A stretch of 64,000 bases of DNA from positions 37,537-101,536 of the forward strand of contig CAWAET010000020.1 of assembly GCA_963781065.1 (NCBI GenBank), in the 5' to 3' direction. The notes beneath the pieces are model-generated. The model was not told the DNA's origin and made no database searches. It worked only from the letters and a program-made list of their open reading frames with translations. Below are positions 39,527 to 49,745 of this stretch, piece by piece. Made by a program: the position numbers and the translations under genes. Position 1 is the stretch's first letter. The number at the start of each line of letters is the position of its first letter. The DNA is from Thermoanaerobaculia bacterium (GTDB lineage: Bacteria > Acidobacteriota > Thermoanaerobaculia > Multivoradales > JAHEKO01).

Positions 39527-41547
39527 GCGTCGGCCTCGGGTGTGGCGGCGGCGCCGCTGACCGCGGGCTCGGCGATCGCGGGCGCGGGCTCGTCGGCGCC
39601 CCTCCCGACGTCCTCGAGCGGCACGGCGGCGGCCTCGCCGAAGACCCGGTCGCACCAGAGATCGAGCGCCAGCAGGGTGAAGAGCGGCTTGCGGAAGTCG
39701 GCCCTGCGCGCCAGGTGGTCGTCGAGCAGCCGCTCGACCCCGGCCGGCGACAGCAGCCCGCGCGCCTCGACCCGCTCGCGGCTGAAGCGGCGGCGCAGCT
39801 CGTCGCCCAGCCCGTGCAGCAGCCAGCGCGAGAAGGGGATGTTGAAGCCGCGCTTGCGCCGCGACAGCACCGCCGCCGGCAACCGCCCCTTGACCGCCCG
39901 GCGCAGGATCGCCTTGGTCTTGAGGCCCTTGAGCTTCTGGCGCGAGGGCAGCCCGGCGACGAACTCCGCCAGATCGTGATCCAGAAACGGCGCCCGCGCC
40001 TCGAGCGAGGCCAGCATGGTGGCCCGGTCGACCTTGGTCAGCAGGTCGTCCTGGAGATACATCGTGAAGTCCATGTAGAGCAGCCGCGACAGGTCGTCGG
40101 GGAAGCTGCGGCCTTCGAGCCGGGCGCGGGCGCTGGCGAAGGGGTCGTCACGGCCGAGCCGCTCGAGCACCCGCGGCGCCAGCACGCCGGCCTGGGCCGG
40201 CGGGGCGAGGCTGCCGAACCAGCTGTGGTGGCGCTCCACCAGGCCCATCTCGGCGGCGGCGGCGAACCGCGCGACCAGGTAGTCGAGGCCGACGTTGCCC
40301 ATGCTCACCGGCAGCACCGAGCGCAGGGCGCGCACCGCGCCGCGCGCCAGCCCCCGCGGCAGCCGCTGGTAGCCGGCGGCGAGGCGGTGGCCGAGGTAGG
40401 TGGGGTAGCCGGCGAACAGCTCGTCGGCGCCCTCGCCGGAGAGCACCACCTTGACCTCCTGGCGGGCGAAGCGGGCGAGCAGGTGCGAGGGGATGGTCGA
40501 GGCGTCGCCCAGCGGCTCGTCGAAGCCGCGGCCGACTCGCTCGAGGCCGTCCGCCAGGTCGGCCTCGGACAGGATCAGCTCGTGGAAGTCGGCCTGGAAG
40601 TGGCGGGCGGTGTCGCGGGCGAAGCGCGACTCGTCGAAGCCGGCGTCCTCGTGCCCGAGCGAGAAGGCCGGCACGCCGGGGCCCTGCTGCTCGGCCATGT
40701 AGGCCAGGACGGTGGAGGAGTCGATGCCGCCCGAGAGGAAGACGCCCACCGGCACGTCGGCGCGGCGCCGGCGCTCGACCGCCAGGGCCATGCGCTCGTC
40801 GAGCTCGCCGGCCAGCGAGGCCGTCGAGCGCGTGGCCAGCTCGGCGTTGCCGTAGTAGTCGGCCAGGTCCCAGTAGGGCCGCACCGTGACTTCGCCGTCG
40901 CGGGCGAGCAGATAGTGGCCGGCCGGCAGCTTGCGCACCCCGGCGAAGGGCGTCAGCGGCGCCGGGAAGTAGTCGTGCAGCAGGTAGCGCCGGAGCGCCA
41001 CCGGGTCGAGGAGCCGCGGCACCCGGGGGTGGGCCAAGAGCGCCCGCAGCTCGGAGGCGAAGACCAGCTCGTCGCCCCCGTGCTCGGCGGCCCCGTGCCA
41101 GTAGAAGAGCGGCTTCTCCCCGGCCCGGTCGCGGGCCAGCAGCAGCCGCCGGTCGCGGCCGTCCCAGACCGCGAAGGCGAACATGCCGTTGAGCCGCTCG
41201 AGCATCTCGACCCCGTGCTCCTCCCACAGGTGGGGCAGGACCTCGGTGTCGACACCGGTGCGGAAGGTGTGGCCGCGATCCTCGAGCGCGGCGCGCAGCG
41301 GCTCGCTGTTGTAGATCTCGGCGTTGGCGACCGACCAGACGGTGCGGTCCTCGTTGGGGAACGGCGGGCAATCGGAGTCCAGGTCGATGATCGCCAGCCG
41401 CTGGAAGCCGAAGGCGCAGGGGCCGTCGGCGACGGCGTCGCTGCCGTCCGGGCCGCGGTGGGCCAGGGTCGCGGCCATCCGCCGTGCGAGCGCCTCACGC
41501 TCGTCGCTGGCGATCGCTCCGCCGACGATGCCAACGATTCCGCACAC
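39523..41547 (-). CDS. asnB: asparagine synthase (glutamine-hydrolysing)
   Basis: N-terminal nucleophile MCGIVGIVGG and PP-loop VGVFLSGGIDSS. 674 aa. Confidence 0.9.
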   Translation of the reverse strand: MCGIVGIVGGAIASDEREALARRMAATLAHRGPDGSDAVADGPCAFGFQRLAIIDLDSDCPPFPNEDRTVWSVANAEIYNSEPLRAALEDRGHTFRTGVDTEVLPHLWEEHGVEMLERLNGMFAFAVWDGRDRRLLLARDRAGEKPLFYWHGAAEHGGDELVFASELRALLAHPRVPRLLDPVALRRYLLHDYFPAPLTPFAGVRKLPAGHYLLARDGEVTVRPYWDLADYYGNAELATRSTASLAGELDERMALAVERRRRADVPVGVFLSGGIDSSTVLAYMAEQQGPGVPAFSLGHEDAGFDESRFARDTARHFQADFHELILSEADLADGLERVGRGFDEPLGDASTIPSHLLARFARQEVKVVLSGEGADELFAGYPTYLGHRLAAGYQRLPRGLARGAVRALRSVLPVSMGNVGLDYLVARFAAAAEMGLVERHHSWFGSLAPPAQAGVLAPRVLERLGRDDPFASARARLEGRSFPDDLSRLLYMDFTMYLQDDLLTKVDRATMLASLEARAPFLDHDLAEFVAGLPSRQKLKGLKTKAILRRAVKGRLPAAVLSRRKRGFNIPFSRWLLHGLGDELRRRFSRERVEARGLLSPAGVERLLDDHLARRADFRKPLFTLLALDLWCDRVFGEAAAVPLEDVGRGADEPAPAIAEPAVSGAAATPEADA

Positions 41548-41701
41548 GGTCGAGTAGAAAACCGTATCAGAGCCGGCCGGCTTTTCCGAGCCGGCGGCGG
41601 GGCGATGCCGTCACGGCATTGGACACCTGATTGCGCCCCGGGTTGCTGGTAGAGTTTCGGAAGTTCGGCCACGGTCGGCGACCCGGTGCCGGAGCGCACC
41701 G

Positions 41702-43798
41702 ATGGCCCAGACCAAGCGAATCCTGGTAGTCGAGAGCGACCCCGAGGCGGCGGCGCTGATCCGCCGCGGCCTCGAGCCGGAAGAGAGCTTCGCGCTCACG
41801 CTGACCGGCTCGCTGGCCCAGGCGCGAGCGGTCATCGATCGCCGGGCGCCCGACGTGGTGATCGCCTCGCTCAAGCTGCCGGACGGCCGCGGCACCGACC
41901 TCATCCCCGGCTTCGAGCTGGTGGCGATGTACCCGGTGGTGGTGATGGCCGCGAGCGGCGACGAGACCACCGCGGTGGAGGCGATGAAGGCCGGCGCGCT
42001 GGACTACGTCGTCAAGTCCGAGGCGACGCTGCTGGGCATGCCGCAGGTGGTGCGCCGGGCGCTCAGGGAGTGGAGCCATCTGGTCGAGCGCCGCCGGGCC
42101 GAGATCGCCTTCCAGGTCAGCGAGATGCGGTTCCGCTCGCTGTATGACGACAACCCGTCGATGTTCTTCACCGTCGAGCGCGACGGCACCATGTCGTCGG
42201 TCAACCGCTATGGCGCCGAGATGCTGGGCTATACGGTGGACGAGCTGATCGGGCGCCGCTTCGACGAGCTCTACCCCGAGAACCAGCGCCCGGCTCTCGA
42301 GGGCCACATCGAGGGCTGCTTCGAGGAGCAGGAGACGCTGCACCGCTGGGAGGCGCGCAAGGCCCACCAGGACGGCTCCACGCTCTGGGTGCGCACCACG
42401 GCGCGCATCGTGATCGGCGCCGACGGCGAGCCTTCGCTGCTGATCGTCTGCGAGGACCTCACCGAGACCCGCACGCTGTCCGAGATCCTCAACTACGAGT
42501 CGAGCCACGACTCGCTGACCGGGCTGCTCAACCGGCGCGAGTTCGAGCGCCGTCTGGCCGAGGCGCTGCGCGGCGCCGCCGAGACCGAGTCGGAGCACGT
42601 CCTCTGCTATGTCGACCTCAACCAGTTCCAGCTGATCAACGAGACCTGGGGCCACGCGGCCGGCGACGACCTGCTGCGCCGGCTGGCGCGGCTGTTCCAG
42701 CAGCAGCTGCGGCCGCGCGACCTGCTGGCGCGGCTGGGCGGCGACGAGTTCGGCGTGCTGATGGAGTTCTGCTCGCTGAACGAGGCGCAGGTGGTGGCCG
42801 CCTCGATCCAGCAGGCGATCGAGGCCTTCCGCTTCGACTGGGAGGAGCAGCGGCTGACGGTCGCCGCCGGCATCGCCCTGGTGCCGATCGGCGCCGGCCA
42901 GACCATCGGCCAGGTGATGCAGGCCGCCGACACCGCCTGCTACGCCGCCAAGACGGCGGGGCGGAACCGGATCCACGTCTACAACCCCGAGGACGTCGAG
43001 ATCGCCCGCCGCCAGGGCGAGATGCGCTGGGTCTCGCGCATCCTCATGGCGCTGCAGGAGGACCGCTTCGCCCTCTACCGGCAGCGGATCAGCCCAATCG
43101 TCGACGGCGGCCGGCAGCACCACTTCGAGATCCTGCTGCGCATGCTCGACGCCGACGACCGGGTCATCGCCCCGGGGTCGTTCCTGCCCGCCGCCGAGCG
43201 CCACCGGCTGATCGAGCGGCTCGACCGCTGGGTGATCGCCAACACGCTCGAGTGGCTGGCCGAGCAGCGGGCCGAGCTGCCCGACCTCTTCCTGTGCGCC
43301 ATCAATCTCTCCGGCCACAGCCTGGGCAACGAGCGCACGCTGCGCTTTCTCCAGGACCAGATCGCGCGCTACGACATCCCGCCCGAGAAGCTCTGCTTCG
43401 AGGTCACCGAGACGGTGGCGGCGCAGGACCCCGACAAGGCGACCCGCTTCATCGGCGCCCTGCGCGAGCGCGGCTGCCACTTCGCCCTCGACGACTTCGG
43501 CACCGGCGTCTCCTCGTTCGGCTATCTGCGCACCCTGCCGGTCGACTTCGTCAAGATCGACGGCATCTTCGTCAAGGGCATCCTCGACGACGCCGCCGAC
43601 GACGTGCTGGTGGCGTCGATCAACCGGGTCGCCCACGCGCTGGGCAAGCGGACCATCGCCGAGTACGTGGAGAACGAGCGGATCCTCGAGCGCATGGCGG
43701 AGATCGGCGTCGACTTCGTGCAGGGCTACGGCGTCGGCCGGCCGGAGCCGATCGGCGAGATGGGCGGCCCCCGGGCGCTGCGGGCGCTCGGCAGCTAG
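41702..43798 (+). CDS. response-regulator receiver + PAS + GGDEF + EAL protein (c-di-GMP turnover)
   Basis: REC domain (ILVVESDPEAA...DVVIASLKLPDG). PAS domain (FRSLYDDNPSMFFTVERDG). An intact GGDEF motif (RLGGDEFGVL). EAL domain (HHFEILLRM ... DDFGTGVSSF ... KIDG). Confidence 0.9.
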   Translation: MAQTKRILVVESDPEAAALIRRGLEPEESFALTLTGSLAQARAVIDRRAPDVVIASLKLPDGRGTDLIPGFELVAMYPVVVMAASGDETTAVEAMKAGALDYVVKSEATLLGMPQVVRRALREWSHLVERRRAEIAFQVSEMRFRSLYDDNPSMFFTVERDGTMSSVNRYGAEMLGYTVDELIGRRFDELYPENQRPALEGHIEGCFEEQETLHRWEARKAHQDGSTLWVRTTARIVIGADGEPSLLIVCEDLTETRTLSEILNYESSHDSLTGLLNRREFERRLAEALRGAAETESEHVLCYVDLNQFQLINETWGHAAGDDLLRRLARLFQQQLRPRDLLARLGGDEFGVLMEFCSLNEAQVVAASIQQAIEAFRFDWEEQRLTVAAGIALVPIGAGQTIGQVMQAADTACYAAKTAGRNRIHVYNPEDVEIARRQGEMRWVSRILMALQEDRFALYRQRISPIVDGGRQHHFEILLRMLDADDRVIAPGSFLPAAERHRLIERLDRWVIANTLEWLAEQRAELPDLFLCAINLSGHSLGNERTLRFLQDQIARYDIPPEKLCFEVTETVAAQDPDKATRFIGALRERGCHFALDDFGTGVSSFGYLRTLPVDFVKIDGIFVKGILDDAADDVLVASINRVAHALGKRTIAEYVENERILERMAEIGVDFVQGYGVGRPEPIGEMGGPRALRALGS

Positions 43799-43886
43799 TG
43801 TCGGTCGCCGCCGGCTTCTTGCCGCCACCGGCGAGCCGCGTTAAGGTCGAGGTTCAGCCTACAGCAGCGCGCCGGAGGATGCCGCC

Positions 43887-44603
43887 ATGCTCGACCATCC
43901 GCGTCCCAAGTTCACCTTTCTCGGCCACGCCACGGTGCGGTGCGACCTGCCGGGCGGCAAGGTGATGCTGATCGACCCCTGGGTCGGCCAGAACCCCTCC
44001 TGCCCGGACGAGCTCAAGCAGCTCGACCGGCTGGACGCCATGCTGATCACCCACGCCCACTTCGACCACATCGCCGATGCGGTGGAGCTGGCCCAGCGGT
44101 ACCAGCCGGAGGTCGTCGTCGGCTGTTTCGAGGTCTGCCACTGGCTCACCGGCAAGGGCGTTCGCAACACCTCGGCGATGAACCTCGGCGGCTGCCAGGA
44201 CGTTCTGGGGCACAGCGTCAGCATGGTGCGGGCGGACCACTCCTGCGGCATCAGCGACGGCGACCACATCCTCTACGGCGGCGTCGCGGCCGGCTATGTC
44301 GTGCGGCTCCAGGGCGGCTACACCTTCTACCACGCCGGCGACACGGCGCTGTTCTCGGACATGCAGCTGATCGCCGAGCTCTACCGCCCGGAGCTGGCCT
44401 TCCTGCCCATCGGCGATCTGTTCACCATGGGCCCGGACCAGGCGGCGCGGGCCTGCCGCTACCTCGGCGTGCGGCATGTCGTGCCGATCCACTGGGGAAC
44501 CTTCCCGGTCCTCAGCGGCACGCCGGCGGCGCTCGAAGCCCGCCTCGACTCCCTCGGCATCACCTGCCGGATGCTCGCCCTGCAGCCGGGCGAGTCGTAC
44601 TAG
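43887..44603 (+). CDS. MBL-fold metal-dependent hydrolase (UPF0173-like)
   Basis: 238 aa. Motifs FLGHATVRCDL, LITHAHFDHI and HWGTFPVL. Confidence 0.75.
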   Translation: MLDHPRPKFTFLGHATVRCDLPGGKVMLIDPWVGQNPSCPDELKQLDRLDAMLITHAHFDHIADAVELAQRYQPEVVVGCFEVCHWLTGKGVRNTSAMNLGGCQDVLGHSVSMVRADHSCGISDGDHILYGGVAAGYVVRLQGGYTFYHAGDTALFSDMQLIAELYRPELAFLPIGDLFTMGPDQAARACRYLGVRHVVPIHWGTFPVLSGTPAALEARLDSLGITCRMLALQPGESY

Positions 44604-44644
44604 CCTGCGTTATTCACCCAGGCGCGAAGCTCGGGCTGGCCGCC

Positions 44645-45457
44645 TCAGAAGCGGACGGCGGCGCCGGCGCCGACAAAGAAGTCGACGCTTTCCGAGTCGA
44701 GCCCGGCGCCGGCGCGAAAGTCGAGCTGGCTGTCTTCCGACAGCGCCCAGGTGAGCCCGGCGTTGAAGATCTGGTCGTCGCCGCGCCCCTGCTGGCGGCT
44801 GAGCGCGTAGACCTCGACGAAGCCGCCCAGTCCGTCACGCAGCGCGCGGCCCAGCACCAGGCTGGCGGAGAGCTCGCCAAAGCGGTCGTTGCGCGCGCCC
44901 TTCCGGGCGTAGCCCACGTTGCTGCCGAGCGAGGTCCGGTCGCTCAGCGCCCAGGCCAGCGCCAGGGTCGCCGCGGGCTGTGGCTCGGAGTCGCCGAACT
45001 CGTCGGAGCCGGTGGGCAGGGTGGTGGCGAAGAGCATCGCGACCTGCGGCAGCCGCGAGCCCGGCGGCAGGGGATCGCTGAGGCGGATCTTGCAGCCCAC
45101 CGACATGTCCTGAAGGCCCGAGACGGCGCCCCCGGGGCCGTCCACCCGGACCCAGGAGTTGAGGCCCAGCCGCAGCTCGACGATCTCGGTCCAGCCGATC
45201 CGCACCAGCAGCTCGCCGATTGCCCGCTCGTCGAGCTCGCCGCTCTCGGTGTAGGTGGCTCCGGTCTCGATTACCGTCATGCCGCGGGTGACGGTGTCGG
45301 TGCCGGCGGTGAAGGTAGGGCGATCGGGGACCAGCGGGTCGTCCTCGGCCGCCGCCGCTGCCGCCAGCAGGGCGAGCAGCACCGTGGCAGCCGCCGCCGC
45401 TCGGCGCGCCAACAGGCGGCTTGCGGCGGAGCGGGCTGGTATCGCGATGCGGCTCAT
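44645..45457 (-). CDS. outer-membrane beta-barrel protein (MetA/phenol-degradation-like transporter family)
   Basis: Internal ATG at 45457. Signal peptide LLALLAAAAAAED. Alternating beta-strand pattern. C-terminal GAGAAVRF ending in Phe. Confidence 0.55.
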   Translation of the reverse strand: MSRIAIPARSAASRLLARRAAAAATVLLALLAAAAAAEDDPLVPDRPTFTAGTDTVTRGMTVIETGATYTESGELDERAIGELLVRIGWTEIVELRLGLNSWVRVDGPGGAVSGLQDMSVGCKIRLSDPLPPGSRLPQVAMLFATTLPTGSDEFGDSEPQPAATLALAWALSDRTSLGSNVGYARKGARNDRFGELSASLVLGRALRDGLGGFVEVYALSRQQGRGDDQIFNAGLTWALSEDSQLDFRAGAGLDSESVDFFVGAGAAVRF

Positions 45458-45615
45458 CTCGTCCTTCGCCGGCGCGGGCGGTCGCGGCCGCGCCGCTCGC
45501 ATGGACGAGGGTACAACGGTAACCCTCGCGACGCCAGCCTTTGGTTGTTGCGGGTCCGTGGAGCTCGTCGCCTGTGGCAACATGGCGAGGCCATCGAGGC
45601 GACGCCGTGACGAGG

Positions 45616-46278
45616 ATGACCACCAGCACCGTCGAGGACTACCTGAAGCGGATCCTGCTCGAGGAGGAGGGCGGCGACGGGCCGCCGGTCTCGCCCGGGC
45701 GGATCGCCGCCGCCTTGGAGGTGGCGCCGGGCACGGTGACCGCCATGCTCAAGACCCTGGCGGCGAGCAAGCTCATCACCTACGAGCCCTACAGCGGCGC
45801 CGGGCTGACCGCCGCCGGCCGCGAGCTGGCGCTGCACGTCCTCCGGCGGCACCGGCTGATCGAGCTCTTTCTGGTGCAGGTGATGGGCATCGACTGGAGC
45901 GAGGTGCACGACGAGGCCGAGCGGCTGGAGCACGCGGTCTCCGATCTGCTCATCACCCGCATCGACGAGATGCTCGGCCATCCCGAGGTCGACCCGCACG
46001 GCGACCCGATCCCGACGCCCGGCGGCGAGGTGCGGCAGCCGCAGCTGCCCAGCTTGCTTGGCTGCGCCACCGGCGAGGCGCTGCGCGTCGCCCGGGTGCT
46101 CGACCAGGACCCGGCTTTTCTCCAGCTGGTCGAGCGTGAGGGCCTCAAGCCGGGGCGCGAGATCGAGGTGCTCTCGCGCGACCGCGCGGCCGACACGGTG
46201 ATGATCCGCCGCGGCGACGGCGGCCTGCTCAGCCTGGGATTTCGGGCCGCTTCGAAGATCGAGGTCGAGGGGCGCTAG
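45616..46278 (+). CDS. DtxR/MntR-family metal-dependent repressor with a C-terminal FeoA/SH3-like domain
   Basis: Internal ATG at 45616. Pattern MTTSTVEDYLKRILLEEE ... GTVTAMLKTL ... LRRHRLIELFLV ... WSEVHDEAERLEH ... HPEVDPHGDPIP. Confidence 0.85.
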   Translation: MTTSTVEDYLKRILLEEEGGDGPPVSPGRIAAALEVAPGTVTAMLKTLAASKLITYEPYSGAGLTAAGRELALHVLRRHRLIELFLVQVMGIDWSEVHDEAERLEHAVSDLLITRIDEMLGHPEVDPHGDPIPTPGGEVRQPQLPSLLGCATGEALRVARVLDQDPAFLQLVEREGLKPGREIEVLSRDRAADTVMIRRGDGGLLSLGFRAASKIEVEGR

Positions 46279-46284
46279 CCGGGG

Positions 46285-47238
46285 CTACAGCCACCGCGCC
46301 CGGAGCAACAGCCCGAGCCGGGCGCCGACCCCGAGCTCCGGCGGCTGTTCGACGACGGACGGCCCGGCCCGCTCGACCCGGTCGAGCAGCGCCCGCCCGG
46401 CGAGGACGAGAAACCGGGCCGCTGGCCGCCAGGCCCGCGGCAGCTCGGTGAATCTCCGTGAGGCCAGCTGGCGGCGGGCAAGCTCGCACTCCCGCCGCAC
46501 CGCCGCGGCCACCGTCCGGCGGTCGGTGTCGCCCGCCGTGGCCCAGTCGTCCGGCAGCTGGCGTCGCGGCAACCGGGCGTCGTGGCGACGCAGCCCCTCT
46601 CCCAGATCGAGCAGGGAGAAGAGGCGCAACAGCCCGGACGCCAACTCGGAAGCCGCCGTCCCGGTCGCCGCCGGCTCGGTGGCGCCGAGCAGCGCCGCGG
46701 CCAGCGCCGCCGCCAGCCTCTCGAGCTCCGCCGCGCGGGCCTGCTCGGTGGCCGGTCGGCGCACCGCGACCCGGTGCCGCGCGGCGTCGGCCAGCCCGTC
46801 GAGCGCTTCGCGGTCCCACGGCCGGAGCCGCTCCTCGAGCTCGAGGCGCAGGAAGATCGGCTGCCCGGCAGCGGTCCCGGACAGCGCCTCCTCGAGCTGG
46901 AACTGCCAGCGGTTGATCTGCGACAGCCGCTCGCCCTCGAGGCCGGTCTGGCGGGCGAAATCGAACAGCACCAGGGCGTAGGCGGCCAGCGCCTGGGCGC
47001 GGCGGCGCTCGGCCGCCGGCAGCAGGATCATCGCCGGGGCGAGGTCGCGCAAGGCGTTGCGGCAGACCTCGCCGCAGAGCCGCTCCGCCGCCTCCGGGTC
47101 CTCCTCGGCCTGCGGCAGGCGCAGCTCGTCGAGCAGCCGGCTGTGCCGGCTGGCGGCCATGGCATCGGCCCGCCACTCCCCCGCCGTCGGGTGCTCGTCC
47201 CGCACCCGCTCGACCGGTGTGCCGCCAGGACGCTTCAT
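46285..47238 (-). CDS. squalene/phytoene-synthase-fold protein with degenerate Asp-rich motifs
   Basis: 317 aa with an ATG start. All-helical, and SQS_PSY-like in length and pattern. The expected DDxxD positions read LFDFARQ and LLDLGEGLRRHDARLP. Confidence 0.45.
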   Translation of the reverse strand: MKRPGGTPVERVRDEHPTAGEWRADAMAASRHSRLLDELRLPQAEEDPEAAERLCGEVCRNALRDLAPAMILLPAAERRRAQALAAYALVLFDFARQTGLEGERLSQINRWQFQLEEALSGTAAGQPIFLRLELEERLRPWDREALDGLADAARHRVAVRRPATEQARAAELERLAAALAAALLGATEPAATGTAASELASGLLRLFSLLDLGEGLRRHDARLPRRQLPDDWATAGDTDRRTVAAAVRRECELARRQLASRRFTELPRAWRPAARFLVLAGRALLDRVERAGPSVVEQPPELGVGARLGLLLRARWL

Positions 47239-47336
47239 CTCCCGAGCCTACCGGTTGCCGCTGCCTCCTGTAGCGGTCGACTTCTGGGTCGACCGTGTAC
47301 CAACCTGGCAAAGACGGTCGAGACGGAGCCCGACCC

Positions 47337-48560
47337 CTACAGCAGCCTCAGCAGCTCGCGCTGCGGCTCGCCGCCGGTGATCTCGGCGCGCTCGGCGGTG
47401 AGTGCGACGTTGATCTCGGAGCGCACGCCGAAGTCGCCCTCGAGGTAGATCCCGGGCTCGATCGAGAAGCCGGTCATCGCCACCAGCGGCCGGGTGTCGT
47501 GGGTCTCCAGGTTGTCCATGTTGGCGCCCTGGCCGTGGTCCTGGATGCCGATCGAGTGGCCGGTGCGGTGGAAGAAGCGGTCGCCGTAGCCGGCGGCCTC
47601 GATGACCCCGCGGCAGGCGTCGTCGACCTCGAAGCCGCGCACCGTCTCGCCGGGGTAGCGGGCCGCGATCAGCTCCCAGGCGGCGTCGCGGGCGCCGCTG
47701 ACGAGGCCGAAGATCTCCTGCTGACGGTCGGTCGGCGCCGCGGCGCAGACTCCGCACCAGGTGATGTCGCCGTAGATCGAGCCGGCGGCCTTCTCCTTGG
47801 CCCACAGGTCGATGAGCAGGAAGTCGCCCGGCCGGATCGGGCTCGAGCCCTCGGCGGTCGGCTGGTAGTGGGGGTCGGCGCTGTGCTCGTTGACGCCGAC
47901 GATCGGCGGCGACTCGGTCCACAAGCCCTCCTCCTCGAACCGGCCGAGGATGAACCGCTGCACCGCGTGCTCGACGATCTCGTCGCCGCCGCGCAGCCGG
48001 TCGGCCACCAGGTCGAACGCCTGGCGGACGATGGCGTGCAGCTGAGCGCAGGCGCGGCGGTGGGTCGCCAGCTGCTCGGCCGACCAGACGGCGGCGAACC
48101 GCTGCACCAGCTCCGCCGAGGAGGCGAGCTCGACCCCGGTGGCGCGCAGCAGCTCGGCGGTCCCGGCGTCGAGCCGCGAGACCGACGGCAGGCCGTTGTC
48201 GGGGCTGTACTGGGCCGCCAGCCGGGCGCGGCCGGCGACCAGGTCGGCGAGGCCGGCGCGGTGCTGCTGCCAGGTCAGGTAGTGCGAGTTGGCGCCCGGC
48301 AGGTGGTCGAGCATCGCCGGCTCCAGCCGGTGGGTGAGCTTGCGCGGCTCGCCCGCGGCCGGGACCAGGTAGTAGCAGCGGCGGGTGACCAGCGCCTCTT
48401 CGGAGAAGCCCAGCAGCTCCAGGCTGACCGGGTCGTTGCGCTGGAAGACGGCGAACAGCCAGCCGTCGAGGCCGGCTTCGGTGAGGGCCTGCTGGATCTC
48501 GGGGATGCGGTCGGCGAGCACGGGGCCTCCTTGCGGTGGGTGGGGAGAGCAATCTACCAA
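47337..48560 (-). CDS. M24-family metallopeptidase (Xaa-Pro aminopeptidase-like)
   Basis: Motifs DITWCG, HRTGHSIG, GFSIEPGIY and RSEINV. A TTG at 48560 or a GTG at 48521 could be the start. Confidence 0.8.
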   Translation of the reverse strand: MVDCSPHPPQGGPVLADRIPEIQQALTEAGLDGWLFAVFQRNDPVSLELLGFSEEALVTRRCYYLVPAAGEPRKLTHRLEPAMLDHLPGANSHYLTWQQHRAGLADLVAGRARLAAQYSPDNGLPSVSRLDAGTAELLRATGVELASSAELVQRFAAVWSAEQLATHRRACAQLHAIVRQAFDLVADRLRGGDEIVEHAVQRFILGRFEEEGLWTESPPIVGVNEHSADPHYQPTAEGSSPIRPGDFLLIDLWAKEKAAGSIYGDITWCGVCAAAPTDRQQEIFGLVSGARDAAWELIAARYPGETVRGFEVDDACRGVIEAAGYGDRFFHRTGHSIGIQDHGQGANMDNLETHDTRPLVAMTGFSIEPGIYLEGDFGVRSEINVALTAERAEITGGEPQRELLRLL

Positions 48561-48697
48561 AGCGGCCGGCGGCGCGGTTGGCGCGGCCGCCGCCGGCAGA
48601 TGAATCGTGTAGCATCTATATCTTCACGAGCAGGGTCCGGCTTGTGAACTGTTGCATTCGATTGTTGTGAGGGTTTCTCTAGACTGAATCCGCGACG

Positions 48698-49744
48698 ATG
48701 GCGAGCCTCCGGAAGATCAAGCGCCGCATGGTCCGGCGTGCCGTGGTCGAGAACCTCGACCTGATCCACGGCCCCCGAGCTACCCGCCGCAGCCGGCGCC
48801 TGAGCCGGCTGGTCACCGTCGCCCGGCTGGTCTTCCTGGTCGGCCTGCCGGCCGGTCTGGTCGCCACCTCGATGGTGCTCGCCGAGGCGGCCCAGGGATG
48901 GCTCGAGACCTCGCGCGCGGCGGTGCTGCGCCAGGGGCCGTCGCCCGGGCTGGCGCCCTCGCCGTGGCGGGTCGAGCCCGTGGTCAGCGCGCCGTTCGCC
49001 CTCGACCACAGCTTTCCCAAGCCGCTGCCGATCGACCGCAAGATCCTGCCGCTGTTGGTCCGCCGGGTGGTGATCGACCCGGGCCACGGCGGTGGCTCGA
49101 GCGGCACCGAGGGGCCCCTGAACCTGGTCGAGAAGGACGTCACGCTGGACATCGCCAAGCGGCTGCGCCGGCTGCTCGAGGAGGCCTCCTACGAGGTGGT
49201 GATGACCCGCGAGGAGGACGTCAGCGTCGCCCTGACCGACCGCGCCGATCACGCCAACCGCGAGAGCGGCGACATCTTCGTCTCGATTCACGTCAACTGG
49301 TTCGAGAACCGGCGGTCGCGGGGTGTCGAGACCTACTATCTGGGCCCCACCGATGATCCCTACCTGAGCGATCTGGCGGCGAGCGAGAACCGCGACTCGG
49401 GCATCCCGCTGGCCGAGTTCCGCGACATCCTCGAGCGCGTCTACGCCGATGTCCGGCAGGACGAGTCGCGGCGGCTGGCCAGCGCCGTGCAGCATTCGCT
49501 GCACCGCTCGCTGAGCTCGCTCAACCCGGCGATCCGCGACCGCGGCATCAAGACGGCACCCTTCGGCGTCCTGGTGCGGACCGAGATGCCGGCGATCCTG
49601 GCCGAGGTCTCCTGCCTCTCCAACGAGGCCGAGGCCCGGCGGCTGGTGCAGCCCGCCTACCGCGAGTACATCGCCGAGGCGATCTTCGACGGCCTGCGCC
49701 ACTACGCTCGCGGACTCAACGCGAGCGACGACCAAAGGAGCTGA
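48698..49744 (+). CDS. N-acetylmuramoyl-L-alanine amidase (Amidase_3, AmiC-like), membrane-anchored
   Basis: TM anchor LVTVARLVFLVGLPAGLVATSMVL. Catalytic region VVIDPGHGGGSSG ... EKDVTLDIAKRL ... DIFVSIHVNW ... GVETYY. Confidence 0.85.
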   Translation: MASLRKIKRRMVRRAVVENLDLIHGPRATRRSRRLSRLVTVARLVFLVGLPAGLVATSMVLAEAAQGWLETSRAAVLRQGPSPGLAPSPWRVEPVVSAPFALDHSFPKPLPIDRKILPLLVRRVVIDPGHGGGSSGTEGPLNLVEKDVTLDIAKRLRRLLEEASYEVVMTREEDVSVALTDRADHANRESGDIFVSIHVNWFENRRSRGVETYYLGPTDDPYLSDLAASENRDSGIPLAEFRDILERVYADVRQDESRRLASAVQHSLHRSLSSLNPAIRDRGIKTAPFGVLVRTEMPAILAEVSCLSNEAEARRLVQPAYREYIAEAIFDGLRHYARGLNASDDQRS

Positions 49745-49745
49745 C

